Positions 38,489-49,197 of a stretch of DNA of 64,000 nucleotides are shown here, in pieces. Origin of the DNA: Candidatus Bathyarchaeota archaeon (GTDB lineage Archaea; Thermoproteota; Bathyarchaeia; Bathyarchaeales; Bathycorpusculaceae); the NCBI GenBank assembly GCA_963715865.1, contig OY970280.1, positions 2,240,001 to 2,304,000 of the forward strand, given 5' to 3'. How positions within the stretch are numbered: position 1 is the first letter of the stretch; each line of letters starts with the position of its first letter. The translations under genes were made by a program, and so were the position numbers. Under the pieces are notes generated by a model. The model saw only the letters and a list, made by a program, of their open reading frames with translations. It ran no database searches and had not been told where the DNA came from.

Positions 38489-39032
38489 ATGTCTTGTGAA
38501 CCTTGGCAATGTGCAGAAATAGCTGCTACAAAGAAAGCAAACCCCATACAGAAACCTGAGATAGCAGTAGCAATGATAAAGAAAGCATCACGCCCCATCC
38601 TCATTGTAGGTAGTAATGCTACTGAACGCTGGATGGAAGGCAAGCCACTAATCGAGTACCTTATTGACTTCGCTAACGCGTCAAAAGTTCCAGTAGTCGC
38701 CACAGCGCACATGGTTGGCGAATTCCTAAAACGTGGTTATCAACCAGCAGGCTTTATGTCTGCAATGGACATCGGTAACAGGCTTGTTGATCCTGAATGG
38801 CAAGGACTCGACGGCAAAGGTCACCCTGACTTGGTTTTGTTCGTCGGTTTGCCATACTACATGGAAGCATTAATACTCTCAGGACTCAAGCACTTTGCTC
38901 CAGTTCTCAAAACCATGACCTTGGACAACCTTGTATCATCCGCATGCAAGCTGGTCTTTCCCAAACGCAACCTTGGAGGAATGGGCTGCAAATCTCAAAG
39001 TCATAACTTCAAAATTTGAAGGAGGACAATAA
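38489..39032 (+). CDS. cdhB: ACDS epsilon subunit with apparent +1 frameshift (~38931)
   Basis: EPWQCAE, MIKKASRPILIVG; conserved YHPHASWSFPN tail lies in the shifted frame, ending at TAA 39032. Confidence 0.88.
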
Positions 39033-39035
39033 AAA

Positions 39036-40445
39036 ATGTCAATGTTTAAAGATATACCTGTTGATGTTGGCGTAATCTACGAAGGAGAACGCATCAGAAG
39101 AAACGACATGCAAGTAGAATTTGGCGGTCCAACAGTTAAAGAAAAGTTTGAACTAGCAAAAGTAAAACCCATGAACGAAATCGAAGACGGCAAAATCACC
39201 ATAATCGGCCCAGACATCAAAGACCTCAAAGAAGGCGACGCATTTTCACTAGGCATCTTAGTGGAAGCTGCAGGCGCAACACTTGACCAAGGACTCGAAG
39301 GAGTAATTGAAAGACGCATCCACGGCTACCTAAACTACATCGAAGGCTTCATGCACCTAAACCAACGCTATGACATCTGGATACGCTTAAGCAAAAAATC
39401 ATTCCAAAAAGGCTTAAACAGTTTTGAATCAATCGGCAAAGTACTCTACCGCTTATTCAAAAGCGAATTACCCATAATTGAGAAAGTACAAATTACCTTC
39501 ATAACAGACCCAGCAAAAGTGGCCGAGCTCTACCCGAATGCTATGCAAGATTACGAATCACGCGACGCTAAAGCGAGAGGCCTCAAAGATGAAGACGTCG
39601 ATAAATTCTACGGTTGCACCCTATGTCAATCATTCGCTCCAACCCACGTTTGCGTAATTACCCCACAAAGATACTCTAACTGCGGAGCCATCAGCTGGTT
39701 TGACGGAAAAGCCTCAGCAAACGTCGATCCTAAAGGACCAGTATTCGCAATCGACAGAGGCGAATTAATAAACGCTGAAAAAGGCGAGTTCAGCGGCGTT
39801 AACGAAGTCGTTAAAAAACGCACTATGGGAGAAGTAACCCAAGTCTGGCTGTACACAGCGTTCGATCACCCACACACTTCATGCGGATGCTTCGAGGCAG
39901 TAGCATTCTACATTCCAGAAGTAGACGGCTTCGGCGTCGTAAACAGAAGCTTCAAAGGCGTAACAGTAAACGGCTTACCATTCTCAACACTCGCTGACTC
40001 TACTGCCGGAGGACGACAAATAGACGGCTTCCATGGAATGTCGATTGAATACATGCGTAGCAAGAAGTTCCTATCTGCAGACGGCGGATGGAACCGCATA
40101 GTCTGGCTTCCAAAGGAAGTTAAAGAACGAGTAAAAGACTTCATACCCCAAGACGTCATTGACAAAATTGCCACCGAAGAAAACGCAACTGGCGTCGACG
40201 CATTGAAAGCATTCCTGAAGGACAAGAATCACCCAGTAGTCGCAAGATGGGTAGCTGAAGAAGCTCCAGCAGCAGAAGCCGTAGAAGTTAAAGAAGAAGC
40301 AGCGGGCACAATGATGCCAGTTGCCACAGCAGCGTCACTGCCAATAATGGCTGGCGGATTCAAAATCATCCTCAAAGATGCAAAAATCTACGCTAACAAA
40401 GTCATAATAACAACCGTAAAGAGCGAAAAACAAGAGAAACGGTGA
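39036..40445 (+). CDS. cdhC: ACDS beta subunit (acetyl-CoA synthase)
   Basis: CTLCQSFAPTHVC, CGAISW, PHTSCGCFE. Confidence 0.96.
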   Translation: MSMFKDIPVDVGVIYEGERIRRNDMQVEFGGPTVKEKFELAKVKPMNEIEDGKITIIGPDIKDLKEGDAFSLGILVEAAGATLDQGLEGVIERRIHGYLNYIEGFMHLNQRYDIWIRLSKKSFQKGLNSFESIGKVLYRLFKSELPIIEKVQITFITDPAKVAELYPNAMQDYESRDAKARGLKDEDVDKFYGCTLCQSFAPTHVCVITPQRYSNCGAISWFDGKASANVDPKGPVFAIDRGELINAEKGEFSGVNEVVKKRTMGEVTQVWLYTAFDHPHTSCGCFEAVAFYIPEVDGFGVVNRSFKGVTVNGLPFSTLADSTAGGRQIDGFHGMSIEYMRSKKFLSADGGWNRIVWLPKEVKERVKDFIPQDVIDKIATEENATGVDALKAFLKDKNHPVVARWVAEEAPAAEAVEVKEEAAGTMMPVATAASLPIMAGGFKIILKDAKIYANKVIITTVKSEKQEKR

Positions 40446-41671
40446 CCCAATTGCCTCAAGACGGCGACAAGAAAAAAGAGGATGAAGGATTAAAACTCAG
40501 CAGTGACCTACTGGAAGCGCTTGCAAAATTCCAACAGATCGAGCTGCAAGACTTCGAAATGGATGTCAAAGAACTGGAAATAATCTTTGAGCCGGGAATG
40601 GCTGGGCAAATAATGCCAAAAATAAAGCTTCCAGGCATAGCAGGCGGAAAACCAACCGCCATGCTGCAGACAGCTTTCATACCTCCAGTCGAAACCTATC
40701 CAAACAAGATCACTGAAGTAAAACTTGGAGCAACCAGAAGCGAAGGCGGAACACGCGGAAAATCACTAATAATAGGCGGCGAAACATCGCCTGCATTCTA
40801 CAATTTTGAGCGACCAACCACTCACAAACCCGTAATCACTCTTGACGTTTTCGACATGGAAGTTCCATTAAGCAAAGCGGTAAAAATGCACGTCAAAGAT
40901 GTCGTCGGTGACCCAGCGGCATGGGCAAAGCTTGCGGTGGACAAGTTCGACGCAGACATGGTTACAATTCACTTAATCAGCATCGACCCGTTACTCAAGG
41001 ATGCTACACCAAAAGATGCAGTGAAAACAGTTGAAAAAGTTCTGCAAGCCGTTGACGTCCCGCTAGTTATCGGCGGTTGCGGTGACCCAGTTAAAGACGC
41101 AGATGTTTTTGAGGCAATCTGCGAAGCTTTCCCAGGCGAACGTTTCCTGATTAGTTCAATAACACGGGATATGGATGTTGAGCGCTGTGCAAAATACGTT
41201 AAAAAGAACGGGCATATCGCGTTATCATTCACTCCGATGGATTTGAATTTGGCACGGGAACTTAACAGGCGATTATACGATTTCATGGGCAGGGAAGACA
41301 TTGTCATGGACTTAACCACTGCCGCATTAGGCTACGGCTTAGACTACGCATTCACTAACATGGAACGCGCTAGGCTCGGCGGATTAATGGGCGATGTTGA
41401 ATTAGCTCACCCAATGTCTTCGGGAACAACTAATGCTTGGGCGGCACGTGAAGCTTGGCTGAAAATGTCTGCTGAATGGGAACCACGAGAGCTCCGAGGT
41501 CCACTGTGGGAAGTGACAACAGCTTTAACACTATTATTGACTGGCGTTGACTTGTTCATGATGATGCACCCGGCAGCAGTAAAAACCCTCAAGGACGTTA
41601 CAAACTACCTAACAAGCGGCAAAAAAGCAGACGCCTCCAAATTTGCTGAATGGGTCAGCGTAAAGGCTTAA
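40442..41671 (+). CDS. cdhD: ACDS delta subunit (corrinoid FeS protein, small)
   Basis: LGATRSEGGTR, ALGYGLDY..TNMERARL, AWAAREAW, MMHP. Confidence 0.95.
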   Translation: MTQLPQDGDKKKEDEGLKLSSDLLEALAKFQQIELQDFEMDVKELEIIFEPGMAGQIMPKIKLPGIAGGKPTAMLQTAFIPPVETYPNKITEVKLGATRSEGGTRGKSLIIGGETSPAFYNFERPTTHKPVITLDVFDMEVPLSKAVKMHVKDVVGDPAAWAKLAVDKFDADMVTIHLISIDPLLKDATPKDAVKTVEKVLQAVDVPLVIGGCGDPVKDADVFEAICEAFPGERFLISSITRDMDVERCAKYVKKNGHIALSFTPMDLNLARELNRRLYDFMGREDIVMDLTTAALGYGLDYAFTNMERARLGGLMGDVELAHPMSSGTTNAWAAREAWLKMSAEWEPRELRGPLWEVTTALTLLLTGVDLFMMMHPAAVKTLKDVTNYLTSGKKADASKFAEWVSVKA

Positions 41672-41677
41672 AGGAGT

Positions 41678-43111
41678 TTGAATGGCATGAGCGAAAAAAA
41701 GAAAGCTGGATTAAAAGAATTAAGCCCCATAGACGTTTACAAGCTCCTTCCAAAAACTAACTGTAAAGAATGCGGTCAAGACAACTGCATGGCTTTCGCC
41801 ACAAAAATTGTCAACCGCGAAATAAATATTGACCAGTGCCCGCCGCTGCTAAAGAAAGAAAACGAGAAAGCCTACAATCAACTGAAAGAAATGCTAAAAC
41901 CAGCAGTCAAAGAAGTCATCGTCGGCGTCGGAGACAAAGCTACGAAACTCGGCGGCAAACTAGTCATGTACCGCCATGAATTCACCTATACGAACCCTAC
42001 AGCCATCGCAATCGACGTAACCGACGAAATGACCGAGCAGGAAGTCGTAAACCGAATAAAACGCATAGAAAACTATAGCTTCGAATACATCGGCTACACG
42101 CTAAAGCTGGACATGATTGCTGTCCGCTCAACATCAGGCGACGCTGAAAAATTCAAAGTCACCGTGAAAAAGGTCGCTGAAACAACCAATTTACCAATGA
42201 TCCTGTGCGCATTGAACCCCAATGTCCTTGAAGCAGGATTGATGGCGGCGCCAAATGCACGACCACTGCTCTATGCGGCTAACGCTGAGAACTGGAAAGA
42301 CATGGCAGAACTCGCATTAATGTACAATTGCCCACTAGTGGTTTCTGCACCAAACGACCTAACCACTCTGTTTTCACTTGCTAAAACTATGATGGCTTAC
42401 GGTGTAACCGACTTAGTCTTAGACCCCGGCACATTCACGAACGAAGGGCTCCCAGATACCATTAACAACTTTACTATGCTACGCAGAGCAGCATGCAAAG
42501 GCGGCGAAGAACTAGCCGGATTCCCATTAATGGGTGTCCCAATGGTTGCTTGGGTGGACAGGGGCGAAACAGCTGAAGACCTCATAAAATGGCGCGAATC
42601 ATACTTAGCCTCAATGCTCCTTGTCCGATACGCTGATGTGCTTGTGATGCATGGCGCTGACGGCTGGTCACTGCTACCGACAACAGTGTTAAGACAAAAC
42701 ATTTACACCGACCCACGCAAACCAGTTGCAGTCGCTCCAGGACTCAAAGTGTTCGGAACTCCAGACGAAAACTCGCCAGTGTTCTTCACATCAAACTTTG
42801 CCTTAACATACTACACAGTCGCATCAGACATAGAAAGCAACAAACTCAACGCATACCTAATCGTCGTAGAAACTGAAGGCTCAGCAATCGACAGCGGAGT
42901 CGCAGGACGCAAACTAACAGCCGAACGCGTAGCAGACGCAATCAAAGCTTCAGGCATCGAAAGCAAAGTTAAACACAGAAAAATCATCATCCCAGGCAAA
43001 GCCTCAAGGATCAGCGGCGAAATCGAAGAACTAAGCGGCTGGAAGGTACAAGTTGGTCCACGCGACAGCAGCGAAATCCCCAAGTACCTGATAGAGAAAT
43101 GGCAACCCTAA
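41678..43111 (+). CDS. cdhE: ACDS gamma subunit (corrinoid FeS protein, large)
   Basis: LPKTNCKECGQDNCMAFA...CP, RQNIYTDPRKP, TSNFALTYY, GPRDSS. Confidence 0.96.
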   Translation: MNGMSEKKKAGLKELSPIDVYKLLPKTNCKECGQDNCMAFATKIVNREINIDQCPPLLKKENEKAYNQLKEMLKPAVKEVIVGVGDKATKLGGKLVMYRHEFTYTNPTAIAIDVTDEMTEQEVVNRIKRIENYSFEYIGYTLKLDMIAVRSTSGDAEKFKVTVKKVAETTNLPMILCALNPNVLEAGLMAAPNARPLLYAANAENWKDMAELALMYNCPLVVSAPNDLTTLFSLAKTMMAYGVTDLVLDPGTFTNEGLPDTINNFTMLRRAACKGGEELAGFPLMGVPMVAWVDRGETAEDLIKWRESYLASMLLVRYADVLVMHGADGWSLLPTTVLRQNIYTDPRKPVAVAPGLKVFGTPDENSPVFFTSNFALTYYTVASDIESNKLNAYLIVVETEGSAIDSGVAGRKLTAERVADAIKASGIESKVKHRKIIIPGKASRISGEIEELSGWKVQVGPRDSSEIPKYLIEKWQP

Positions 43112-43273
43112 CCTTTCCTTTCTTTATTTTCTAAGAATTTTATCTCCATCTCATTTCTTGTTTCTTTTAATCTGATTATGTTAAAATCCCCATGCTTTTT
43201 AGCTAAATATGTACTAAAAGCTGATAAACCCCTTTTTTCACTACATCCCCATTACAGTTAGAAGGGACTAAAA

Positions 43274-44755
43274 ATAGGCTGCGGCATCTTTGGTGCAATA
43301 AACTATGAAAATCAACCTGTCTTTCCGTATGTTTACTGGGGTCTCCGAGCCCAAAACCACCGAGGTCATCAATCACACGGCTTCCTCACATACAACAACA
43401 AACAATTTTTTGTATACAAAAACTTAGATTTAGTTCCAAAAATAAAAACTAACGCCATACAAGAATGGTTCGGGCGCCTTCCAGGATCTATGGGCATCGG
43501 CAACGTTCGATACACAACGTCAGGCAAATGTGATGATGCCTCACTTATCCAAGGCACTCAACCAGTCACCGCTTCAGCAAATGGCATAAAACTTGCACTC
43601 TCATTCAACGGCAACATAGTTAACACTTTGCCGCTGAAAAAAGAAATGACCGAAAACTTCTCAGACTTCCTCTACAATTGCGACTCCGACATAGTATGCC
43701 ACAAAATGCTCCTTGGACTCAAACAAGGCAAAGACTTAGCATCCGCGGTTCGCTCCGTCATGGAAAGCTTAGACGGCGCATTCTCCGTAACAGGCCTAAC
43801 CGGAGACGGAGACTTTTTCGCCTTCAAAGACCCGCATGGAATAAAACCGCTATGCGCTGGGCATGACCCTGCTGGGGCAACCTACGCTTTTTCCTCCGAA
43901 ACCGCAAGCTTAGACATGAACAGTTTAGTAAGAGACTTCGAACTAAAACCAGGCGAATTAGTCACAGTTTCACAAGACGGCTTCAAACGCACACAAATCA
44001 TTAAAAACCCTCACCACGCTTTTTGCGCTTTCGAATACGCTTATTTTGCTAGGCCCGATTCAAGGTTTGACGACAAATACGTTTACGAAATACGCGAAGA
44101 GTTCGGCAGAAATATCGTTAAAGAATATCCTGAAATAGTAAAGAATAGCGACATGATTCTCTCAGTGCCTGAAACCGGCGATGACCCAGCCATGGGGGTC
44201 CATGAAGCATCAGGCTTACGATGGGAACGGGCATCAAGGCGGCACCGTTATGTTACCGAGAGAGCCTTCATACTCCTGAACATGGAGCGCTTTTCCACGA
44301 TTGATAGGAAAATCAACATTTTAGGTCCGAAAGTTAATGGTAAACGAGTTATCGTAACCGAAGACAGCATAGTCAGAGGGGACACAACCAAGGTAATTAT
44401 AGATAAATTACGAAAATCAGGAGCCAAAAAAATTTATGTCTTCGTTACTTTTCCACGAATTATCGGACCTTGCTTTTATGGAATTGACATGTCAACTTAC
44501 GGGCAACTCGTCGGCTCAAAACACAGCGCCGAAGAAATCGCTAAAATCATAGGTGCAGACGGCGTATGCTACCAGTCCATTGAGGGATTAATACGTGCCA
44601 CTGGTCAAACACAAGACGGGCTCTGTTTAGCCTGCATTACAGGCAAGTATCCAACCCCATGTGCTCAAAAAATGGCTGATGCCATGAAACAGAGATTCCT
44701 TGATGGCTACGAAGAAAAAACGAGAATTTACGAGTCGGATGAAATTCAACCCTAA
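43274..44755 (+). CDS. purF: Amidophosphoribosyltransferase; probable non-canonical (ATA) start
   Basis: Frame is open from TAG 43259-43261 through IGCGIFG...QNHRGHQSHG to ATG 43490; later CAFEYAYFARPDS, EDSIVRGDT, CFYGIDM. Confidence 0.9.
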   Translation: MGCGIFGAINYENQPVFPYVYWGLRAQNHRGHQSHGFLTYNNKQFFVYKNLDLVPKIKTNAIQEWFGRLPGSMGIGNVRYTTSGKCDDASLIQGTQPVTASANGIKLALSFNGNIVNTLPLKKEMTENFSDFLYNCDSDIVCHKMLLGLKQGKDLASAVRSVMESLDGAFSVTGLTGDGDFFAFKDPHGIKPLCAGHDPAGATYAFSSETASLDMNSLVRDFELKPGELVTVSQDGFKRTQIIKNPHHAFCAFEYAYFARPDSRFDDKYVYEIREEFGRNIVKEYPEIVKNSDMILSVPETGDDPAMGVHEASGLRWERASRRHRYVTERAFILLNMERFSTIDRKINILGPKVNGKRVIVTEDSIVRGDTTKVIIDKLRKSGAKKIYVFVTFPRIIGPCFYGIDMSTYGQLVGSKHSAEEIAKIIGADGVCYQSIEGLIRATGQTQDGLCLACITGKYPTPCAQKMADAMKQRFLDGYEEKTRIYESDEIQP

Positions 44756-44816
44756 CTGCAGTGGCAAAGCAAATTAAGCGTTCCCTCTCCTCTCTTAGCA
44801 TAACGGTGTATCTTGA

Positions 44817-46232
44817 ATGGAAAAAATAGGTATACTGGTCGTTTCCTACGGCGCAAGAGAAGTCGCCATGGTTGACGCTCTTCTACAAAGCAGAAACTAC
44901 CAAGTGGAACTCTACATCGCCGATAAACAACGGAACCCTTTCAACGCAGAAAAAGCCGCAAAACACGTTGTCATCCCAAACCTTGACGTTGAAGAAATCT
45001 GCAAATTCGCTGAATCAAGCAAGGATAAAATCGATTTCGTTCTGGTCGGTTCAGAAAAACCCATAATTGAAGGAGTCCGCGACCTCGTTGAGAAACGCAC
45101 AGGTATACCGGTTATTTGTCCAAAGCAACAATACGCCATAGAAGTCAGCAAAATCGAGCAGCGGCTGCTTTTCCAAGAAATTGCGCCAGAAGCTAATCCG
45201 CGCTTCAAGATTTTTAATCCAGCCGATTACAATGGCAAAACGGAAGTTAAAAGTGCCGTTTACCGCTGGCTAGATGAGCTAGATAACCAAGCTGTGGTTA
45301 AGCCTGATAAGCCTGCTTTGGGAAAAGGCGTCGGCGTCTGGGGAGACCACTTTGCCACCCGAGAGCAACTTTTTGAGCATTTCATGTCCAACTTCCAATA
45401 CGGCTCAGTAATAATAGAGGAAAAGATAGATGGGGAAGAATCCAGTTTCATGGCTTTCTGTGATGGCAAACACTTTATTCCCATGCCAGATACACGTGAT
45501 TACAAGCGTGCCTTTGATGATGATAAAGGTCCGAACACTGGTGGAATGGGCTCATACAAGGACGTTGGCGACACATTGCCATTCTTGACTGCGGCTGAAC
45601 GGAAACAGGAACTTGCGTTAGCCAATAAAATTTTCAAAGGTTGGAAGGCTAAGATTAAAGATGATTCGGCGCTCAGAGGCGTGCCCCTATATCTTGCCTT
45701 CATGCACACTGGCCACGGGATTAAGGTTCTAGAGAACAACAGTCGTCCCGGCGACCCAGAAATAATCAACCTCCTTCCACTAATCAAAGATGATTTTGTT
45801 GACATATGCTTCAAAATGATTGAGGGAAACCTAACGAGTGCCAAGTTGGAAAAGGCGGCGACCGTTTTAACATATAAGGTTCCACCAGACTACGGCGGCT
45901 ACGCAGACATGTTCCCCAACCAAATAGACAAATCAGCCGTTAACACTCAAGTTGACCTCTCAAAAGCTTACGCGCTAACCAAAAAGTATGGTAATAGAAT
46001 ACGCATTTACCCTGGCTCCATGGAAACAAGAAACGGCAAAAACTACGCTTTGAAATCTCGTGCAGTCGGGGTCTTAGGCATCGGCAATAGCATCGAAGAA
46101 GCACGACAAATCAGCCTCGAAGGCACCAAAGCAATCACAGGTGGAGCATTATGGAACCGAACCGACGTCGCCTCAAAGCAGCATATTGCAAAAAGCGTTA
46201 GTCACATGGAGAACTTGAGGCGCAAAGCGTGA
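44817..46232 (+). CDS. purD: Phosphoribosylamine-glycine ligase
   Basis: GAREVAM, GKGV, IEEKIDGEE, DYKRAFDDDKGPNTGGMG, RPGDPE. Confidence 0.93.
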   Translation: MEKIGILVVSYGAREVAMVDALLQSRNYQVELYIADKQRNPFNAEKAAKHVVIPNLDVEEICKFAESSKDKIDFVLVGSEKPIIEGVRDLVEKRTGIPVICPKQQYAIEVSKIEQRLLFQEIAPEANPRFKIFNPADYNGKTEVKSAVYRWLDELDNQAVVKPDKPALGKGVGVWGDHFATREQLFEHFMSNFQYGSVIIEEKIDGEESSFMAFCDGKHFIPMPDTRDYKRAFDDDKGPNTGGMGSYKDVGDTLPFLTAAERKQELALANKIFKGWKAKIKDDSALRGVPLYLAFMHTGHGIKVLENNSRPGDPEIINLLPLIKDDFVDICFKMIEGNLTSAKLEKAATVLTYKVPPDYGGYADMFPNQIDKSAVNTQVDLSKAYALTKKYGNRIRIYPGSMETRNGKNYALKSRAVGVLGIGNSIEEARQISLEGTKAITGGALWNRTDVASKQHIAKSVSHMENLRRKA

Positions 46233-47311
46233 AGCACATCTTCATTTCTGACTGTGAAGGACCAATCTCCAAAAACGACAACGCCTTCGAGTTAACAGCC
46301 CATTTTATTCCAGAAGGAGACAAACTTTTTGCTAACATAAGCAAGTACGACGATGTACTGGCGGATGTTCTGCGAAAGCCCAGTTACTCTGCAGGCAGCA
46401 CGTTGAAACTGGTTTTGCCTTTCTTTAAAGCGTACGATGTTACGGATAAGCAGATGGAGAACTTTTCAGAGAAAAACATTTTTTTAATCGCTAACAGCCA
46501 AAATACGCTTCGCTACGTGCAAGCTATAGCCAACGCCTTCATCGTCAGCACCAGTTACGAGCATTACATAAGAGCGCTGTGCAAAGCATTAGCATTCCCA
46601 TACGAAAACACTTACTGTACCAAACTAAGCCTAGACAAATACGCCATCACCCAACAAGAAAAAAAGCGCTTAAAGGAGATAGCGAAAGAAATCTCCCAAA
46701 TGCAAATAATCACAATTCCCCCAAAAGCAAAAAAAATAGAAAACTTTTCGCGCAATGACCAGATGGCAATTCAGCGCTTGGATGAGATTTTCTGGAACGA
46801 AATCCTCAAGATGGGCTCAGGTAAACTGCTTACCGATGTCGTAACAGTTGGCGGAGAACAAAAAGCCGAAGCAATCCGTGACGCCGTAAAACGTTTAAGT
46901 TCAAAAATAGCGGATGTGATGTACGTGGGCGACAGCATAACCGACGTGGGCGCCTTCAAACTGGTACGAGCCAACGACGGCTTAACCGTATCCTTTAATG
47001 GCAATAGTTACGCAGTTAAAAATGCTGAAGTAGCGGTTCTATCCGAAAATAATGTTATCACTGCTGTGATTGCTGATTTGTTCTGCAGATTTGGGAAAGA
47101 AAAAACAATGCGTACGCTTCGGTCTTGGAGTTATGAAGCGCTCAAAAAACGAGGAGTGGACGATGCTTTGCTAAGACAGCTCTCAGACCTGTATCCTGAT
47201 GCCTTGCCTAAAGCTCAAATAGTAACAGCTGAGAATACGGAAATGCTAGTAAAAGAAAGCAGCGAATTTAGGAAGAAAGTGCGAGGAGTAGCCATCGGGA
47301 GACTCGGATAA
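46229..47311 (+). CDS. HAD-superfamily hydrolase (EhaR-like)
   Basis: FISDCEGP, VSTSY, YVGDSITD, SFNGNSYA. Confidence 0.75.
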   Translation: MKHIFISDCEGPISKNDNAFELTAHFIPEGDKLFANISKYDDVLADVLRKPSYSAGSTLKLVLPFFKAYDVTDKQMENFSEKNIFLIANSQNTLRYVQAIANAFIVSTSYEHYIRALCKALAFPYENTYCTKLSLDKYAITQQEKKRLKEIAKEISQMQIITIPPKAKKIENFSRNDQMAIQRLDEIFWNEILKMGSGKLLTDVVTVGGEQKAEAIRDAVKRLSSKIADVMYVGDSITDVGAFKLVRANDGLTVSFNGNSYAVKNAEVAVLSENNVITAVIADLFCRFGKEKTMRTLRSWSYEALKKRGVDDALLRQLSDLYPDALPKAQIVTAENTEMLVKESSEFRKKVRGVAIGRLG

Positions 47312-48223
47312 ATGCCAAATAAAGCATTAATAGAGGACACGTACGCCGAAGCCTTTACTGGAATCTTTTGCCGGGTAATTGTTACAGCCGACGACGAGGA
47401 AACCTTGCGTAGGGCTGCTGAAGATTCAACAGCAACGCCATCCGTTGTGATTGGCAGAGTGGAAGGCGGAGTCGAAAAATACCTAAGCCAAAAAGAAACT
47501 CCTGATAAGCGCAAAGGCGCGATACTGCAGTTCTGGGGAGAAATAAACCCCAAAAAAGCCTTCGCTGAATCACTAAAAAAGTTTGAAACCGAGCTTTCCT
47601 ACCGCATCCGTCAAGACATCCTAGTCAAGCCTTTCACCGCTGTCTACGACGCTTTGACAAGTGCTGAAGGCAAAATGGACATGATGGAGAGTGTTGGGCA
47701 CTGCGGTGACGGCTATGAATGGGTTGAAAAGCGCCACGGTAGAGAAGTTATCGTTGTCCCGCTGATGGTTCCTGACTTTATCATTGAGCGGTACTTAGGC
47801 TATGGCCGCGGTGTCATGGGCGGCAATTTTTGGGTGATGTGTAAAACAAAAGAAGCCTTAAGGCAAGCAGGCGAAAAAGCCTTAGCAGCAATCCATAATG
47901 TACGTGGTATAGTTGCGCCCTTTGATGTCTGCTCTGCCGGCTCCAAGCCGGAAACTCATTTTCCCAAGATTGGTCCAACAACTAACCACCTGTATTGTCC
48001 CTCTCTTAAGGAGCGGTTAGGCAAAGAATCCAAGGTTCCTGAAGGTGTAGGCTACATAGCAGAGATAGTGATAGATGGGGTTTCTTTAGATGCTGTTAAA
48101 AAAGCTACCAAAGCTGGAATCGAAGCAGTGTTAGGCATTGATGGCGTCGTGAAGGTTTCCGCTGGCAACTACGGCGGCAAACTAGGCGAACACAAAATAT
48201 TTTTGCGAGAGCTGTTTCCATGA
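47312..48223 (+). CDS. ftr: Formylmethanofuran:H4MPT formyltransferase family, divergent
   Basis: [44 protein letters not shown]. Confidence 0.8.
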   Translation: MPNKALIEDTYAEAFTGIFCRVIVTADDEETLRRAAEDSTATPSVVIGRVEGGVEKYLSQKETPDKRKGAILQFWGEINPKKAFAESLKKFETELSYRIRQDILVKPFTAVYDALTSAEGKMDMMESVGHCGDGYEWVEKRHGREVIVVPLMVPDFIIERYLGYGRGVMGGNFWVMCKTKEALRQAGEKALAAIHNVRGIVAPFDVCSAGSKPETHFPKIGPTTNHLYCPSLKERLGKESKVPEGVGYIAEIVIDGVSLDAVKKATKAGIEAVLGIDGVVKVSAGNYGGKLGEHKIFLRELFP

Positions 48224-49131
48224 CCAAATTTGACGTTATCGGTTTTGGTGCACTCAACGTTGATATGCTTTTCAAAGTCGATAGACTTGCGGGGGCTGAA
48301 GAGGAAAGCTTCATCGAAGAATACACTGAAGCCTGCGGTGGCTCAGCCGCGAATACCGTGGTTGGGTTGGCAAGGCTCGGGTGCAAAACAGGGTTCATAG
48401 GAAAAGTAGCCAATGACCGAGAAGGCAAACTGCAAATTGACTGTTTTAGCAATGAAGGCGTAGACACCAGTGGCATCATTCAGACAAAACAGGGAAAAAG
48501 CGGTTCAGTGCTGGGTTTCGTGGACAAGAAAGGTGCAAGGGCATTATACATTAATTCAGGCGTGAACGATTCAATTGAGCCTCGGGAATTGAAATGGGAT
48601 TATGTTTCTCAAACAAAATTTCTCCATCTATCATCCTTCGTGGGAGAAAAATCATTCCGTACACAAAAAAAGCTCTTAGGTTCACTGCCTAGCGATATTA
48701 AAATCAGCTTTGACCCAGGTTCAGTTTATGCACAGAAAGGTTTTGTAGCTATAGAACCAATAATTAGAAGTTCTTATGTTTTGATGCCTAACGCTGTTGA
48801 GCTTGAGCTTTTAACTGGAGAAGCTGATTACTGCAAAGGTGCCGATTTAATGATTGAGGTGGGCGTTAAAATTGTTGCAGTTAAACTTGGCAGCAAAGGC
48901 TGTTACGTTACTGATGGTCGAGAAAGGCTTAGGATAGAACCTTTTAAAGTTAAGGTGGTCGATACGACTGGTGCTGGGGATGCTTTTTGCGCTGGCTTTC
49001 TCTACGGCTTAATCAACAACAAAAGCTTATCCGAGTGTGGGCGTTTAGGCAATTTTGTTGCTTCAAGATGCGTAATGGAGATGGGCGCACGTGCGGGCTT
49101 GCCCTATGCTAAAGATTTAGCATCGATTTAG
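48220..49131 (+). CDS. PfkB-family carbohydrate/nucleoside kinase
   Basis: [21 protein letters not shown]. Confidence 0.9.
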   Translation: MTKFDVIGFGALNVDMLFKVDRLAGAEEESFIEEYTEACGGSAANTVVGLARLGCKTGFIGKVANDREGKLQIDCFSNEGVDTSGIIQTKQGKSGSVLGFVDKKGARALYINSGVNDSIEPRELKWDYVSQTKFLHLSSFVGEKSFRTQKKLLGSLPSDIKISFDPGSVYAQKGFVAIEPIIRSSYVLMPNAVELELLTGEADYCKGADLMIEVGVKIVAVKLGSKGCYVTDGRERLRIEPFKVKVVDTTGAGDAFCAGFLYGLINNKSLSECGRLGNFVASRCVMEMGARAGLPYAKDLASI

Positions 49132-49197
49132 TTAAAACTAACCTAAAAATGTGGAAACCAAAGAGCCTCAGGACAAAGTGCAAGTGAGACTTGAGGA

